DNA of 54,382 nt, from contig JAGCNJ010000075.1 of assembly GCA_017646005.1 (NCBI GenBank), positions 1-54,382 on the forward strand, given 5' to 3'. Positions within the stretch are counted from its first letter, which is position 1. Each line of letters opens with the position of its first letter. The translations under genes were made by a program, and so were the position numbers. Below are positions 1 through 9,145 of the stretch, piece after piece. The DNA is from Clostridia bacterium. GTDB lineage: Bacteria > Bacillota > Clostridia > Oscillospirales > CAG-272. The notes under the pieces were generated by a model. It was not told the DNA's origin, ran no database searches, and saw nothing but the letters and a program-made list of their open reading frames with translations.

Positions 1-1188
1 ATCAGCAACTATTACGCCGAACGCGGGATTATCAAGATTAATTTCCTTATCAAGCTCATCGATTGCCTCAGCATACGCTGTACTGTTCTTTATACCTGTC
101 AACGAATCTCTGTACGCAAGAGCGTTTATGTAGCTTGAATACTCGCGTATTTTCTCATAAGTTTCGCTGAGCACACGAGAAAGTATACCGATCTCATCGT
201 TTGAATCAACGATAAGGTTTACGTCCTGCTGTCCTGAGGTAATGCTGCTCGCCGCAACAGTAAGCTTTTTAAGGGGGGTTACTATTTTATTTGTCACCCA
301 GAAGGTGTAAAGTATTGCAAAAACAAACACTATAAGAAAGGCGGTAACAATGTTGGTAAGCATCGGGCGTATGCCACGCTGGATATCCTTGTATGCGGCA
401 CGAAGCTCAAGGCTCATTCCGTTTACAAGAGGGGTTACGGCTTTTGTATATTCGCCTTCAAGGTCAAGGCTCTGCTCGGAATTATAGTAACTCTGCTGAT
501 CCTCTGTAAGCAACAAAGAGGTACCGTATTCATAAACCGTTATACTGTTTACGCGTTCAAGCAGATAGTCAAACTTCATATTGAAGCCAAGAATAGCAAT
601 AAATGTATCCTCAAAATAAACGGGTGTAACATAGGAGATAACCGACTCCCCGGTAAAACGGCTCGGATGCGGTGCTACCCATTCACCTGTTGCTGTTCCG
701 CTTGAATTACTGTAAGCTATGAGCTCGTCATTTGTCAGAAGTGATAAACCTGAAAACTCTTTTGTAGAAAGCTTATGCAGGCTGCCATCTTCTTCAAACT
801 GAGAATAAAAGCCTGTTGTAACTTTTGTAAGTTCCGATGAAAGGCAAAGATAATATGAGTATGAGCCTGATGTGTTTATCGCTATTTCATCAAACAAATG
901 ACGAATCTTTTCAGTATACTTGGCAAGATATGCTTCATCCAAGAGAGCTTCGGGATTTTCAATCTCATTTGCAGCGTAATGTCTGATAATCGCCGCCGAT
1001 TTTTCAAAATCGTTTAGCATCTCATTTATCTGTGCCGCTTCCTTTTGGGAAACGTTATTAAGTATTCTGTCAGCATCCGTGTGCATTATCTCGTGTGTTA
1101 TTGTAACTGAAATAATCGTAACAAGTGCGGTTATAACCAATAATGCAATAATAACTACAAACAGTATTTTACTTTGAATCGTCTTCAT
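1..1188 (-). CDS. membrane sensor diguanylate cyclase, N-terminal 396 aa only (TM, Cache-like extracytoplasmic region, TM, HAMP, entry into a GGDEF domain); the C-terminus lies beyond the window edge
   Basis: Absent from the supplied ORF track because it is open at the edge. Minus-strand translation from ATG 1188-1186, with SD AAGGAG 8 nt upstream, reads MKTIQSKILFVVIIALLVITALVTIISVTI. It has a second TM (NIVTAFLIVFVFAILYTFWV) and a HAMP-like KIVTPLKKLTVAASSITSG. It ends ...LAYRDSLTGIKNSTAYAEAIDELDKEINLDNPAFGVIVAD, which is the usual start of a GGDEF domain. The frame is open to nt 1. Confidence 0.75.
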   Translation of the reverse strand, partial: MKTIQSKILFVVIIALLVITALVTIISVTITHEIMHTDADRILNNVSQKEAAQINEMLNDFEKSAAIIRHYAANEIENPEALLDEAYLAKYTEKIRHLFDEIAINTSGSYSYYLCLSSELTKVTTGFYSQFEEDGSLHKLSTKEFSGLSLLTNDELIAYSNSSGTATGEWVAPHPSRFTGESVISYVTPVYFEDTFIAILGFNMKFDYLLERVNSITVYEYGTSLLLTEDQQSYYNSEQSLDLEGEYTKAVTPLVNGMSLELRAAYKDIQRGIRPMLTNIVTAFLIVFVFAILYTFWVTNKIVTPLKKLTVAASSITSGQQDVNLIVDSNDEIGILSRVLSETYEKIREYSSYINALAYRDSLTGIKNSTAYAEAIDELDKEINLDNPAFGVIVAD

Positions 1189-1228
1189 TACATATACTCC
1201 TTTTTATATCTCCGTTACACTGTTTACT

Positions 1229-3319
1229 TTATACTCCCTCTACCCCGGTGAGTATACGATGATACCCCTCAAGCACCACCATTGTACTATCGTCCTGTGT
1301 ACGTATTCCGCTGCTGCGAACGGTTACTTCACCAAATTTCGGATGACACCAGCGATATCCGAGCTGTACAGCCTTTCCTCCGTTTATCATCAGATTTATT
1401 GCGTTATCCACATATTGCAGGTCATCAAGCGTAATACGGCTATGCCAATGCTCATAGCATTGTTCGGGCGAAAGCTTTTCCGTAATGCCGAGAACACGCT
1501 CCATTACGTCATCCGCATGCAACTCATATCTTCCGTTCTTCTCATCAATACGGATAATCCAGAGCCCGATATTATTTTCGTGCAGAATATTTTTAGGGTC
1601 AAAATGTATAGACCCGAACTGCTCCTTGAAGCGATATATCTCTTCAAGCGCTTCCATTCTCGCCTTATATTTATCAGAAAAGCTATGGATATACTTTTGT
1701 GTTATTTCCTCCGGCGTACACGGCTTATCAAACAGATAGCCCTGGAAAATATCCGCCTGAAGCGGTTCGAGCACCGAAAGCTCCCTTGCCGTTTCAACGC
1801 CCTCACAGCATGCGTGTATTTCGTTTGTTCTTGCAAATTCGATTACGTTGCTGACAAGGTGATAATTGTAGGTATTCTTTTCAATATCCGTAACAAAGCT
1901 GCGGTCTATCTTGATCTCACTTATGTCAAGCTGCTTCAGATAAGCGAGGTTGGAATATCCCGTACCGAAATCGTCTATTGAAAATCGAACCCCGTGGGAT
2001 TTTATGTATTTGATAATATCGTAGTAATTCTTGTTTTCATTTAATCTGATCGATTCGGTAAGCTCTACCGTAAGTGCATTTCCCGGGAGCTCATACGAAT
2101 TAAGCACCTCGATAATCTTTTCACCCAGTCTTGGGTCGTCAAACTGAACAGAAGAAAAATTAACCGCTACCTGAAGCTCCGGTATGCTCTTTCTCCATTC
2201 CTTACATTCAGCAAGCGCTCTTTCAAGCACCCATATTCCGACAGGCTCAATAAGTCCGGACTGCTCGAGAATCGGAATAAACTCATCGGGAAATACTCTT
2301 CCGCGCTTTGGAGAATCGTAGCGCAAAAGCGCTTCAACACCGTAAAGCTCATAGCTTCCGCTTTTGATCTGCGGCTGATAATACACCTCAAAGCCTTCAA
2401 AACCGTTCTGAACGCTTTCCTTTAGCTCTTCAAGAAGCATAAGCTCGCTTATTCTCTGCTTTATTTCCTCTGCCGAAAAGAACGCAACACTTGTATTCAG
2501 ATTCTGGACAGCATCACTGAGGGTAATGTTTGCAGAATCCAAAAGCTGTGAGACGTCTATGAATATGCTGTTATCTATCGGAACCGCACCCGCGAAAACA
2601 GTGCACTTCTCATTCAGCTCCGCACAGATCTGCCCGTATATTTTCTCGATCGTTTCCGTGTCACACTCATTTGTAATAATAGCAAAATTATTGCTGTCAA
2701 CGTGATAGGATTCCTCAATAAAGTCAATATGCTCAAGGATATCCGCCATTTCACACAGAAGCTTGTTGCCAAAGTTTTTTCCGTGAGTCAGATTGATATC
2801 CGCAAAGGTCGGTATTCCAAGCTTTACAAGCCAGCCCTTGCCGGCAGAAAGCTTACTCTTAAGATCCTCGCGCAGCTTTGTTTTGTTCCACAGAGCTGTT
2901 ACAGGATTGAAAAGATGGCGCAGTGCCTCCTCGGACAAGCGTCCGATCATAGCATAAGGCGCTCCGCGTTCATCGTGAATCACCTTGCCGCGGGAATTTA
3001 CCCAGACAGTAACTCCCGATTTCTTGAACATACGGAAGTTCATATCGTGATTATCCTTTTTGCCAAGGCGGACAGCATCAATATCCGCACAAAACGCTTT
3101 GCAGTCTGCAGGATGCACAATAGAAATAATATCCTCAAAGGTGAACGATTGATCATCGTTACCTTCAAAGTCAAAATACTCATCAACAGATCTGAAAAAC
3201 TGTACTTTGTCATTGGGTATATCATACATTATCAGATAGTCATCTGTTGTCTGATTGATTGCCGCGAGATATTTCTTAATTGCTGAAAAATCCTTTACTG
3301 AGTCTAACAGCTTATCCAT
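1229..3319 (-). CDS. c-di-GMP phosphodiesterase: PAS, degenerate GGDEF, EAL, C-terminal PAS-like domain
   Basis: 696-aa ORF. The EAL signature set appears intact: YYQPQI, EALLRY, VNFS, ELTES, DDFGTGYS, KIDRSFV, EGVE, QGYLF. The GGDEF-like domain begins NPVTALWNK and carries DSNNF where GGDEF is expected, so the cyclase site looks dead. Confidence 0.85.
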   Translation of the reverse strand: MDKLLDSVKDFSAIKKYLAAINQTTDDYLIMYDIPNDKVQFFRSVDEYFDFEGNDDQSFTFEDIISIVHPADCKAFCADIDAVRLGKKDNHDMNFRMFKKSGVTVWVNSRGKVIHDERGAPYAMIGRLSEEALRHLFNPVTALWNKTKLREDLKSKLSAGKGWLVKLGIPTFADINLTHGKNFGNKLLCEMADILEHIDFIEESYHVDSNNFAIITNECDTETIEKIYGQICAELNEKCTVFAGAVPIDNSIFIDVSQLLDSANITLSDAVQNLNTSVAFFSAEEIKQRISELMLLEELKESVQNGFEGFEVYYQPQIKSGSYELYGVEALLRYDSPKRGRVFPDEFIPILEQSGLIEPVGIWVLERALAECKEWRKSIPELQVAVNFSSVQFDDPRLGEKIIEVLNSYELPGNALTVELTESIRLNENKNYYDIIKYIKSHGVRFSIDDFGTGYSNLAYLKQLDISEIKIDRSFVTDIEKNTYNYHLVSNVIEFARTNEIHACCEGVETARELSVLEPLQADIFQGYLFDKPCTPEEITQKYIHSFSDKYKARMEALEEIYRFKEQFGSIHFDPKNILHENNIGLWIIRIDEKNGRYELHADDVMERVLGITEKLSPEQCYEHWHSRITLDDLQYVDNAINLMINGGKAVQLGYRWCHPKFGEVTVRSSGIRTQDDSTMVVLEGYHRILTGVEGV

Positions 3320-3400
3320 AGTATTCTCCGCCCACAGAATGCCTCAGCATCCTTGTCAACGTCCTCCTGACAAAATAAATGTTTTTTAGCACAATAACGC

Positions 3401-3426
3401 TACTATACCATTATAATGGTATAGTA
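3401..3426. repeat. 26-bp perfect palindrome TACTATACCATTATAATGGTATAGTA in the divergent intergenic region; candidate operator and bidirectional promoter core
   Basis: All 13 base pairs checked by hand and complementary. Each strand reads TGGTATAGT (extended -10-like) pointing outward, with ATTATAAT at the centre. Confidence 0.9.
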
Positions 3427-3540
3427 TATCATCCAATTATTAATATGCAATTAACATACAGTACATTATTTGTTAACTTTGTAATATTTTTCCATTCACC
3501 CGAATATGCTTTACATAAATAATACTTACAGGAGAACATT

Positions 3541-4065
3541 ATGAAACGAAAGCTAAGACTATGGCAAATCGGCGGCTTTGCGACGAGTGTACTCGGTGGC
3601 ACACTTTTACATTTTCTTTACGCCCTGCTCGGCAAGGCTGTTTGGATAGCACCGTTTTCCGCCATAAACGAATCCACGTGGGAACATATGAAGCTTTTAT
3701 TCTGGCCAATGTTTATATTCGCCATCGTGCAAAGCTTTTTCTTTGGTGATCAAAATAATTTTTGGTGCATAAAATTACGCGGCAGCCTGCTTGGACTTAC
3801 GCTTATTCCCGTATTATTTTACACCTACAACGGTGTTATAGGAAAGTCTCCCGATTTTATTAACATAGCGATATTCGTCATATCTGCGGCGATCGCTTAT
3901 ATTTGGGAAACACATCAGCTTAACACAAATGATCTCTCCTGTAAAAATCCCAAATTTTCGCTGCTGTTGCTCTGTGTAATCACCGTCATGTTCGTACTGT
4001 TTACCTTCAGAACACCTGAACTCGCTATTTTCAACGACCCACTTACCGGAACATACGGGAAATAA
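3541..4065 (+). CDS. small polytopic membrane protein of unknown function (about 5 TM)
   Basis: 174-aa ORF with SD (ACAGGAGAACATT ATG). Hydrophobic segments run throughout, with a conserved-looking NESTWEHMKLLFWP motif. Followed by a terminator. Family not recognised with certainty. Confidence 0.7.
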   Translation: MKRKLRLWQIGGFATSVLGGTLLHFLYALLGKAVWIAPFSAINESTWEHMKLLFWPMFIFAIVQSFFFGDQNNFWCIKLRGSLLGLTLIPVLFYTYNGVIGKSPDFINIAIFVISAAIAYIWETHQLNTNDLSCKNPKFSLLLLCVITVMFVLFTFRTPELAIFNDPLTGTYGK

Positions 4066-4072
4066 TAAAAAA

Positions 4073-4090
4073 GGCAACCGTGCGGTTGCC
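4073..4090. terminator. bidirectional intrinsic terminator shared by the 3541-4065 gene (+) and pheT (-)
   Basis: GGCAACCG-TG-CGGTTGCC hairpin, flanked by AAAAAA upstream and TTTTGTTGTTTT downstream, between convergent stop codons. Confidence 0.75.
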
Positions 4091-4103
4091 TTTTGTTGTT
4101 TTC

Positions 4104-6539
4104 TTATACGGTACGGATGTCCGCGCCGATGTTCTTGTTAAGCTTCTTGAGCGCGCTGTTTGCAACAGCCTCGATTTCAGCACCCGTAAGCGTCTTTTCG
4201 TCAGAGCCGATAAGGAGTCGGAGTGTAATGGACTTCTTGCCAGCAGGGATCTGCTTACCCTTATATTCGTCAACGAAAAGAAGATCGCGGATAAGCTCGT
4301 TTTTCTTATTCATAACGCAGGCGTAGATCTCATCCCACTTTACAGCCGAATCAACGAGGAATGAAATATCATACTCGTTTATCGGGAATTCGGGAGTGTG
4401 AACGAAGCGGTTAGTTCTCGACTTGAAGGGTGCAAGAGCATCCATATCAAGCTCTACGAGTATCGCAGAAAGCACCTTGATGCCGCAGGCAAGTGCCGAC
4501 TTCTTTGAAAGGAGCGCGAGATCACCAATCTTTTTACCGTTCAGCATAATATTTAGCCATACGGTCTCGTCTGCCCAATAAGGCTTTTCGTTCTTTTCAA
4601 ACGTGAAGCCTTCCATATGCGTAAATCTCGGCATCGAGCCGATAACGCCCTTTGCACGGCGGAAAAGCTCTTGTATATTATCCGACGAGCCTACAAATGC
4701 GCATCCGAGATGCTTCTTCTGTGCGGGAAGCTTCTCGCCCTTGTACTCGTTTGTGTAATCGCTGTCAAGAAATACCTGTGCTTCCTCGAAAATATCAAAT
4801 TCATCGAAGTTGCGCTCGTTCTTGACTATCGCCTTACAGATGTTGGGAAGAAGTGAACAACGGATATATTTTTCTGTGGGTGCGGGGGGAGTTGCAAGAG
4901 CAAGTATGCCGTTTGTATCGGGCATAAGAGCAGTTACAAATTCCTCTGTCATCCACGGATAGGTGAATATTTCCTGCATGTTGCAACGGAAAGCGAGATA
5001 CTCCTTGATCTTGCGTACAAGATCGACCTCAAGCTGATTTATCGCGCCGTCAAACGAGGTCGTGATAGTCGTTGCCTCGAAGTTTTCGTAGCCGTACATA
5101 CGCGCTACTTCTTCCATGATATCAGCCTTGATCGAAACGTCGCCTGTCGAACGCCATGTAGGAACGACGATATGCATACCCACATCTGTGAATGTAACGT
5201 CATATCCCATAGTGCCGAGCTTCTTTGCAACGATCTCCTGAGGAATACGCTTTCCGAGACGTCTGTCGAGCCAGTCAAACTCAACGTCGATCTCTTTTCT
5301 TTCAAGCTTATTTACGTACTGATCGTTAAAAGCGGTAACCTTCATTTCGGGGTAAAGCTCAGCAAAAAGCTTCATCGCAAGCGAAAGACCCTGGTCACAA
5401 CGCTCGGGATCAACTGCCTTTTCGTAGCGCGAGGAGGATTCGGTACGGTTATCGTAGCGAAGCGCAGTTCTGCGCACGCCGCGCGATTCGAAGTTTGCTA
5501 CCTCAAGGATAACGCTTTCGGTTTCGGGAAGAACCGAATCCTTGGCTCCACCCATTACGCCTGCAAGCGCAACCGCACCCTCAGCGTCCGCGATAACGAG
5601 ATCGTCTGTAGAAAGTGCAAGCTCCTTATCATTGAGAAGCTGTAGTTTTTCGCCGTCGTTTGCACGTCTTACCTCAATGTGGTCGATTATATGGTTGGAA
5701 TCAAATACGTGAGTAGGCTGACCTGTTGCAAGCATTACGTAGTTTGTAATATCAACGAGTGCATTGATCGGGCGCATACCAACTCTCCAGATACGGCTCT
5801 GCATCTTGAAGGGCGAGGGCTTAACACAAAGACCCTCTATCTTCGCGCCGATGTATCTCGGGCAACGCTCGGTGTCAGCTATTCTTACGTCAACTGTATC
5901 GGTAACGTCGGGAGTGTACTTATCAAATTCTACAAGCTCAAGATCGTAAAGAGCTGCGAGCTCTCTTGCGATACCGTAATGTCCCCAAAGGTCGGGACGG
6001 TTTGTCATTGATTTATTATCGATTTCAAGGAGAATATCGTCAAGCTCAAGAGCCTCTGCAACAGGTGTACCTGCCGCAATGCCCAGCGAGGTAACGTCCA
6101 TTATCTCGTGCTCCTCAGCCGCAGGGAAAAGATCTGCAAGACCTACCTCAACAGAGGCGCATATCATACCGAAGCTTTCAACTCCGCGAAGCTTTGCATT
6201 CTTGATCTCAACAGGCTCGCCCTCGCCGTGCCAGCGCACCATAGCGCCCGGGCGGGCAACGACTACCTTCATTCCTGCTTCAAGGTTAGAGCCGCCGCAT
6301 ACAATGTCCTTGATCTCACCCGCGCCGATATCTACACGGCATACGCGGAGCTTGTCCGCATTGGGATGAGGAAGAACCTCCTTGATCTCACCAACGATTA
6401 TCTTATCAAATCTCTCTGCAAGATTTTCAACGCCCTCAACCTCAACGGTTGACATAGTGAGGTCATACGCGAGCCTTGAAAGGTCCATATCATCCGGGAG
6501 CTTTACGTAATCCTTTATCCAGTTAAGTGATAATTTCAT
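4104..6539 (-). CDS. pheT: phenylalanine--tRNA ligase beta subunit
   Basis: 811 aa. N-terminus MKLSLNWIKDYVKL with tRNA-binding domain (HPNADKLRVCRVDIG). B3/4, B5 and anticodon-binding-like regions present. SD GGAGG directly after the pheS stop. Confidence 0.95.
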   Translation of the reverse strand: MKLSLNWIKDYVKLPDDMDLSRLAYDLTMSTVEVEGVENLAERFDKIIVGEIKEVLPHPNADKLRVCRVDIGAGEIKDIVCGGSNLEAGMKVVVARPGAMVRWHGEGEPVEIKNAKLRGVESFGMICASVEVGLADLFPAAEEHEIMDVTSLGIAAGTPVAEALELDDILLEIDNKSMTNRPDLWGHYGIARELAALYDLELVEFDKYTPDVTDTVDVRIADTERCPRYIGAKIEGLCVKPSPFKMQSRIWRVGMRPINALVDITNYVMLATGQPTHVFDSNHIIDHIEVRRANDGEKLQLLNDKELALSTDDLVIADAEGAVALAGVMGGAKDSVLPETESVILEVANFESRGVRRTALRYDNRTESSSRYEKAVDPERCDQGLSLAMKLFAELYPEMKVTAFNDQYVNKLERKEIDVEFDWLDRRLGKRIPQEIVAKKLGTMGYDVTFTDVGMHIVVPTWRSTGDVSIKADIMEEVARMYGYENFEATTITTSFDGAINQLEVDLVRKIKEYLAFRCNMQEIFTYPWMTEEFVTALMPDTNGILALATPPAPTEKYIRCSLLPNICKAIVKNERNFDEFDIFEEAQVFLDSDYTNEYKGEKLPAQKKHLGCAFVGSSDNIQELFRRAKGVIGSMPRFTHMEGFTFEKNEKPYWADETVWLNIMLNGKKIGDLALLSKKSALACGIKVLSAILVELDMDALAPFKSRTNRFVHTPEFPINEYDISFLVDSAVKWDEIYACVMNKKNELIRDLLFVDEYKGKQIPAGKKSITLRLLIGSDEKTLTGAEIEAVANSALKKLNKNIGADIRTV

Positions 6540-6552
6540 TCTTCTTTCCTCC

Positions 6553-7590
6553 TTAATGGAACTGCTTTAAGAAACGCAGATCAGTGCTGTGGAAAAGACG
6601 AACGTCATCAACACCGTAACGCATCATAACAAGTCTGTCAAGACCTATATTTACATAGAAGCCCGTGTATTCGTCGGGATCAAGTCCTGCCGCACGAAGT
6701 ACGTTCGGGTGAGGTGTTCCACCGGGCATGATCTCTATCCAGCCTACGTGCTTGCAAACGCTGCAGCCCTTGCCGCCGCATACAAGACAGCCCATATCGA
6801 TCTCAAAGCCGGGCTCAACGAACGGGAAGAAGCCTGCTCTCATACGCACGGGAACGTCTGGTCCGAATACCTTGGAAAGAATGCTCTTGATCATTACCTT
6901 ACCCGCGGTATAAGTGAAGTCCTTATCAACGATAAGTGCTTCATACTGGAAGAATGCGCGCTCATGGCGGGCATCTGTAGTTTCGTTTCTGTAAACTCTT
7001 CCGGGATATACGAAGCGGTACGGGGGCTTGTGTGTGAGCATATAGCGCACGCTGTCGCCCGTAAGGTGGGGACGCAGACAAAGCTTGTCGTTAGCCTCGC
7101 CGGAGTCGTGACCCTCAAGCCAATATGTGTCCATGCTTTCTCTTGCAGGATGGTTAGGCGGGAAATTAAGGTTGTCAAACGCATAATATTCGCTCGTGAT
7201 TTCGGGACCCGAGAATATCTCAAAGCCCATTGAGCGGAATGCGTCGTTAAGATCGTAGCACATCTGTGTAATAGGATGCAGACCACCGATCTTGGGTTCA
7301 AATCCGGGAACTGTACAGTCGAAATCGGGGGATATTTCAGAAGCCTTAAGCTTAAGAGCCTCACGTCTGCCCTCGATCTGCTCTGTAAGCAACACCTTTA
7401 CGTTGTTTACAGCCTTACCCATTTCGGGACGAAGGGAGATGTCAAGCTTGGGGATTTCCTTAAGAAGCTCGGTAATGCTTCCCTGCTTACCGAGAAGCTC
7501 ACCCTTAACCTCCTGAAGCTCGGCTTCGGACTGAGCCGCTTCGATACGGGCAGTACCCTCACGAAGCAGAGCGTCTAATTTATCTTTCAT
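6553..7590 (-). CDS. pheS: phenylalanine--tRNA ligase alpha subunit
   Basis: Class II aaRS motifs (FPPNHPARESMDTYW, RNETTDARHERAFFQYE). The track ORF extends to 7620, but the ATG at 7590 (MKDKLDALL) has AAGGAG 7 nt upstream and is preferred. Confidence 0.95.
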   Translation of the reverse strand: MKDKLDALLREGTARIEAAQSEAELQEVKGELLGKQGSITELLKEIPKLDISLRPEMGKAVNNVKVLLTEQIEGRREALKLKASEISPDFDCTVPGFEPKIGGLHPITQMCYDLNDAFRSMGFEIFSGPEITSEYYAFDNLNFPPNHPARESMDTYWLEGHDSGEANDKLCLRPHLTGDSVRYMLTHKPPYRFVYPGRVYRNETTDARHERAFFQYEALIVDKDFTYTAGKVMIKSILSKVFGPDVPVRMRAGFFPFVEPGFEIDMGCLVCGGKGCSVCKHVGWIEIMPGGTPHPNVLRAAGLDPDEYTGFYVNIGLDRLVMMRYGVDDVRLFHSTDLRFLKQFH

Positions 7591-7631
7591 AGCAAACTCC
7601 TTACTACTATTATTATACAATTTTACAGATT

Positions 7632-7660
7632 ATTTTACCACAAAACCGTGCTAATGTCAA
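7632..7660 (-). promoter_or_regulatory. sigma-A-type promoter for pheST
   Basis: Minus strand reads TTGACA (7660-7655), a 17-nt spacer, then TAAAAT (7637-7632). This is about 40 nt upstream of the pheS start. Confidence 0.6.
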
Positions 7661-7691
7661 GGTTTTTGATATATATGTGAGATTTACAATC

Positions 7692-7722
7692 CAAAGCCTC
7701 CCTTGCCTAAAGGGAGGCTTTG
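7692..7722 (-). terminator. 13-bp stem-loop downstream of the FAD-oxidase gene (probable terminator with a weak U-tract)
   Basis: CAAAGCCTCCCTT / AAGGGAGGCTTTG with a 5-nt loop, 29 nt after the stop at 7751. The downstream tract on the minus strand is only UUUGGAUUGU. Confidence 0.55.
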
Positions 7723-7750
7723 TAAAATCTGAAATGAAAATGATTTAATT

Positions 7751-9145
7751 TCAGAAGCAAATTTTTCCCGGATTAAGTATGTTTTTGGTGTCAAAAACAC
7801 TTTTAATTCCCTTCATAAGCTCAATTTGCATCAAACCGAATTGATTCTTCAGGTATTCCTTTTTAGCATAACCTATTCCGTGTTCGCCGGAAACAAGTCC
7901 GCCCATTTCCTCGGCCTTTTTGTACATACGTTCGAAACAAGCTTTCAGAATCTCATTCCAGCTTTTATCATCCAATTCGTCCCTGCATATATAGATATGC
8001 AGATTTCCGTCACCGGCGTGTCCAAAGCTTGGAATTCTCACATTCATCTCATCTGCAAGAGAATGTGTAAACTTGATAAATTCATCTATTTTATTAACAG
8101 GTACAACAACGTCGCACTCATCCATTTCGGTAGTCGATGCTTTGATTGCTTCCAAAAATGCTCCGCGGGCGGACCATACTGCCTTTTTGCGTTCCTCGGT
8201 ATCCACAATATACACATCCAACGCACCTATTTCAAGACATAAATCCGCAACTGCCTTCATATCATTTTCAACTTGTTCCTCTGTATTCCCGTCAAACGTA
8301 AGAAGTATATATGCATCACTCTTTGTATCAGGAAACTTTTTGCCTAAATAGCTCTCCGAGAAAAGAATAGTATCTCTTGACATATACTCAATTGCAGTCG
8401 GAGTTACCTTTGAGCCGAAAATCTTTGGTACTGCTTCAATAGCACTTTTCATATCTGAAAACGGGACAAGGAGACTTACCGACACCTTCGGAAGCGGGAC
8501 AAGCTTAAGTATTGCCTCGGTTATGATACAAAGCGTTCCCTCTGATCCAATCACAAGGTCCTTGAGACTATATCCCGAGCTGTTCTTGGCAATCTTTCCG
8601 CCAAGCTTCATTACTTCGCCATTTGGCATAACGACCGTCAAGCCTCTTACATAATCTCTTGTCACACCATATTTTACTGCTCTCATACCACCTGCATTTG
8701 TAGAGATATTTCCGCCTATCGTTGCAGATTTTTCTCCCGGGTCGGGCGGATAAAGAAAATCATTTTCTTCGCAAAATGCAGAAAGTTCCATCAAAAGCAC
8801 ACCGGGTTGAACAGTTACCGTTAACGTATCAGCATCAAGCTCCAAAATTTTATTCATTTGCGTAGTTTCAAGAAGAATCCCACCTTCCAGCGGAACTGCT
8901 GATCCAACAAGACCTGTACCGCTTCCTCTTACAGTTACGGGAATCGATCTTTCGTATGCATGCTTCATAATTTCAGAAATTTCTTCGGTTGTATGTACTC
9001 TTACAAGCACCTCGGGCATTCTTTCAACACCGCCAAGCTCGTCATGCGCGTAGTCGGGATTTATATCATCGCCGTATACTACATTTGTATCTCCGGCAAT
9101 ATTTTTAAGCTTTGATATATCATTGGAATCAACTCTATTATACAT
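7751..9145 (-). CDS. FAD-linked oxidase, GlcD/LctD-like (probable D-lactate or 2-hydroxyacid dehydrogenase partnered with Etf)
   Basis: 464 aa. FAD-binding PCMH-type N-terminus ([16 protein letters not shown]), C-terminal [10 protein letters not shown] motif. The start overlaps the etfA stop by 8 nt, with AAGGAGG upstream. Confidence 0.85.
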   Translation of the reverse strand: MYNRVDSNDISKLKNIAGDTNVVYGDDINPDYAHDELGGVERMPEVLVRVHTTEEISEIMKHAYERSIPVTVRGSGTGLVGSAVPLEGGILLETTQMNKILELDADTLTVTVQPGVLLMELSAFCEENDFLYPPDPGEKSATIGGNISTNAGGMRAVKYGVTRDYVRGLTVVMPNGEVMKLGGKIAKNSSGYSLKDLVIGSEGTLCIITEAILKLVPLPKVSVSLLVPFSDMKSAIEAVPKIFGSKVTPTAIEYMSRDTILFSESYLGKKFPDTKSDAYILLTFDGNTEEQVENDMKAVADLCLEIGALDVYIVDTEERKKAVWSARGAFLEAIKASTTEMDECDVVVPVNKIDEFIKFTHSLADEMNVRIPSFGHAGDGNLHIYICRDELDDKSWNEILKACFERMYKKAEEMGGLVSGEHGIGYAKKEYLKNQFGLMQIELMKGIKSVFDTKNILNPGKICF

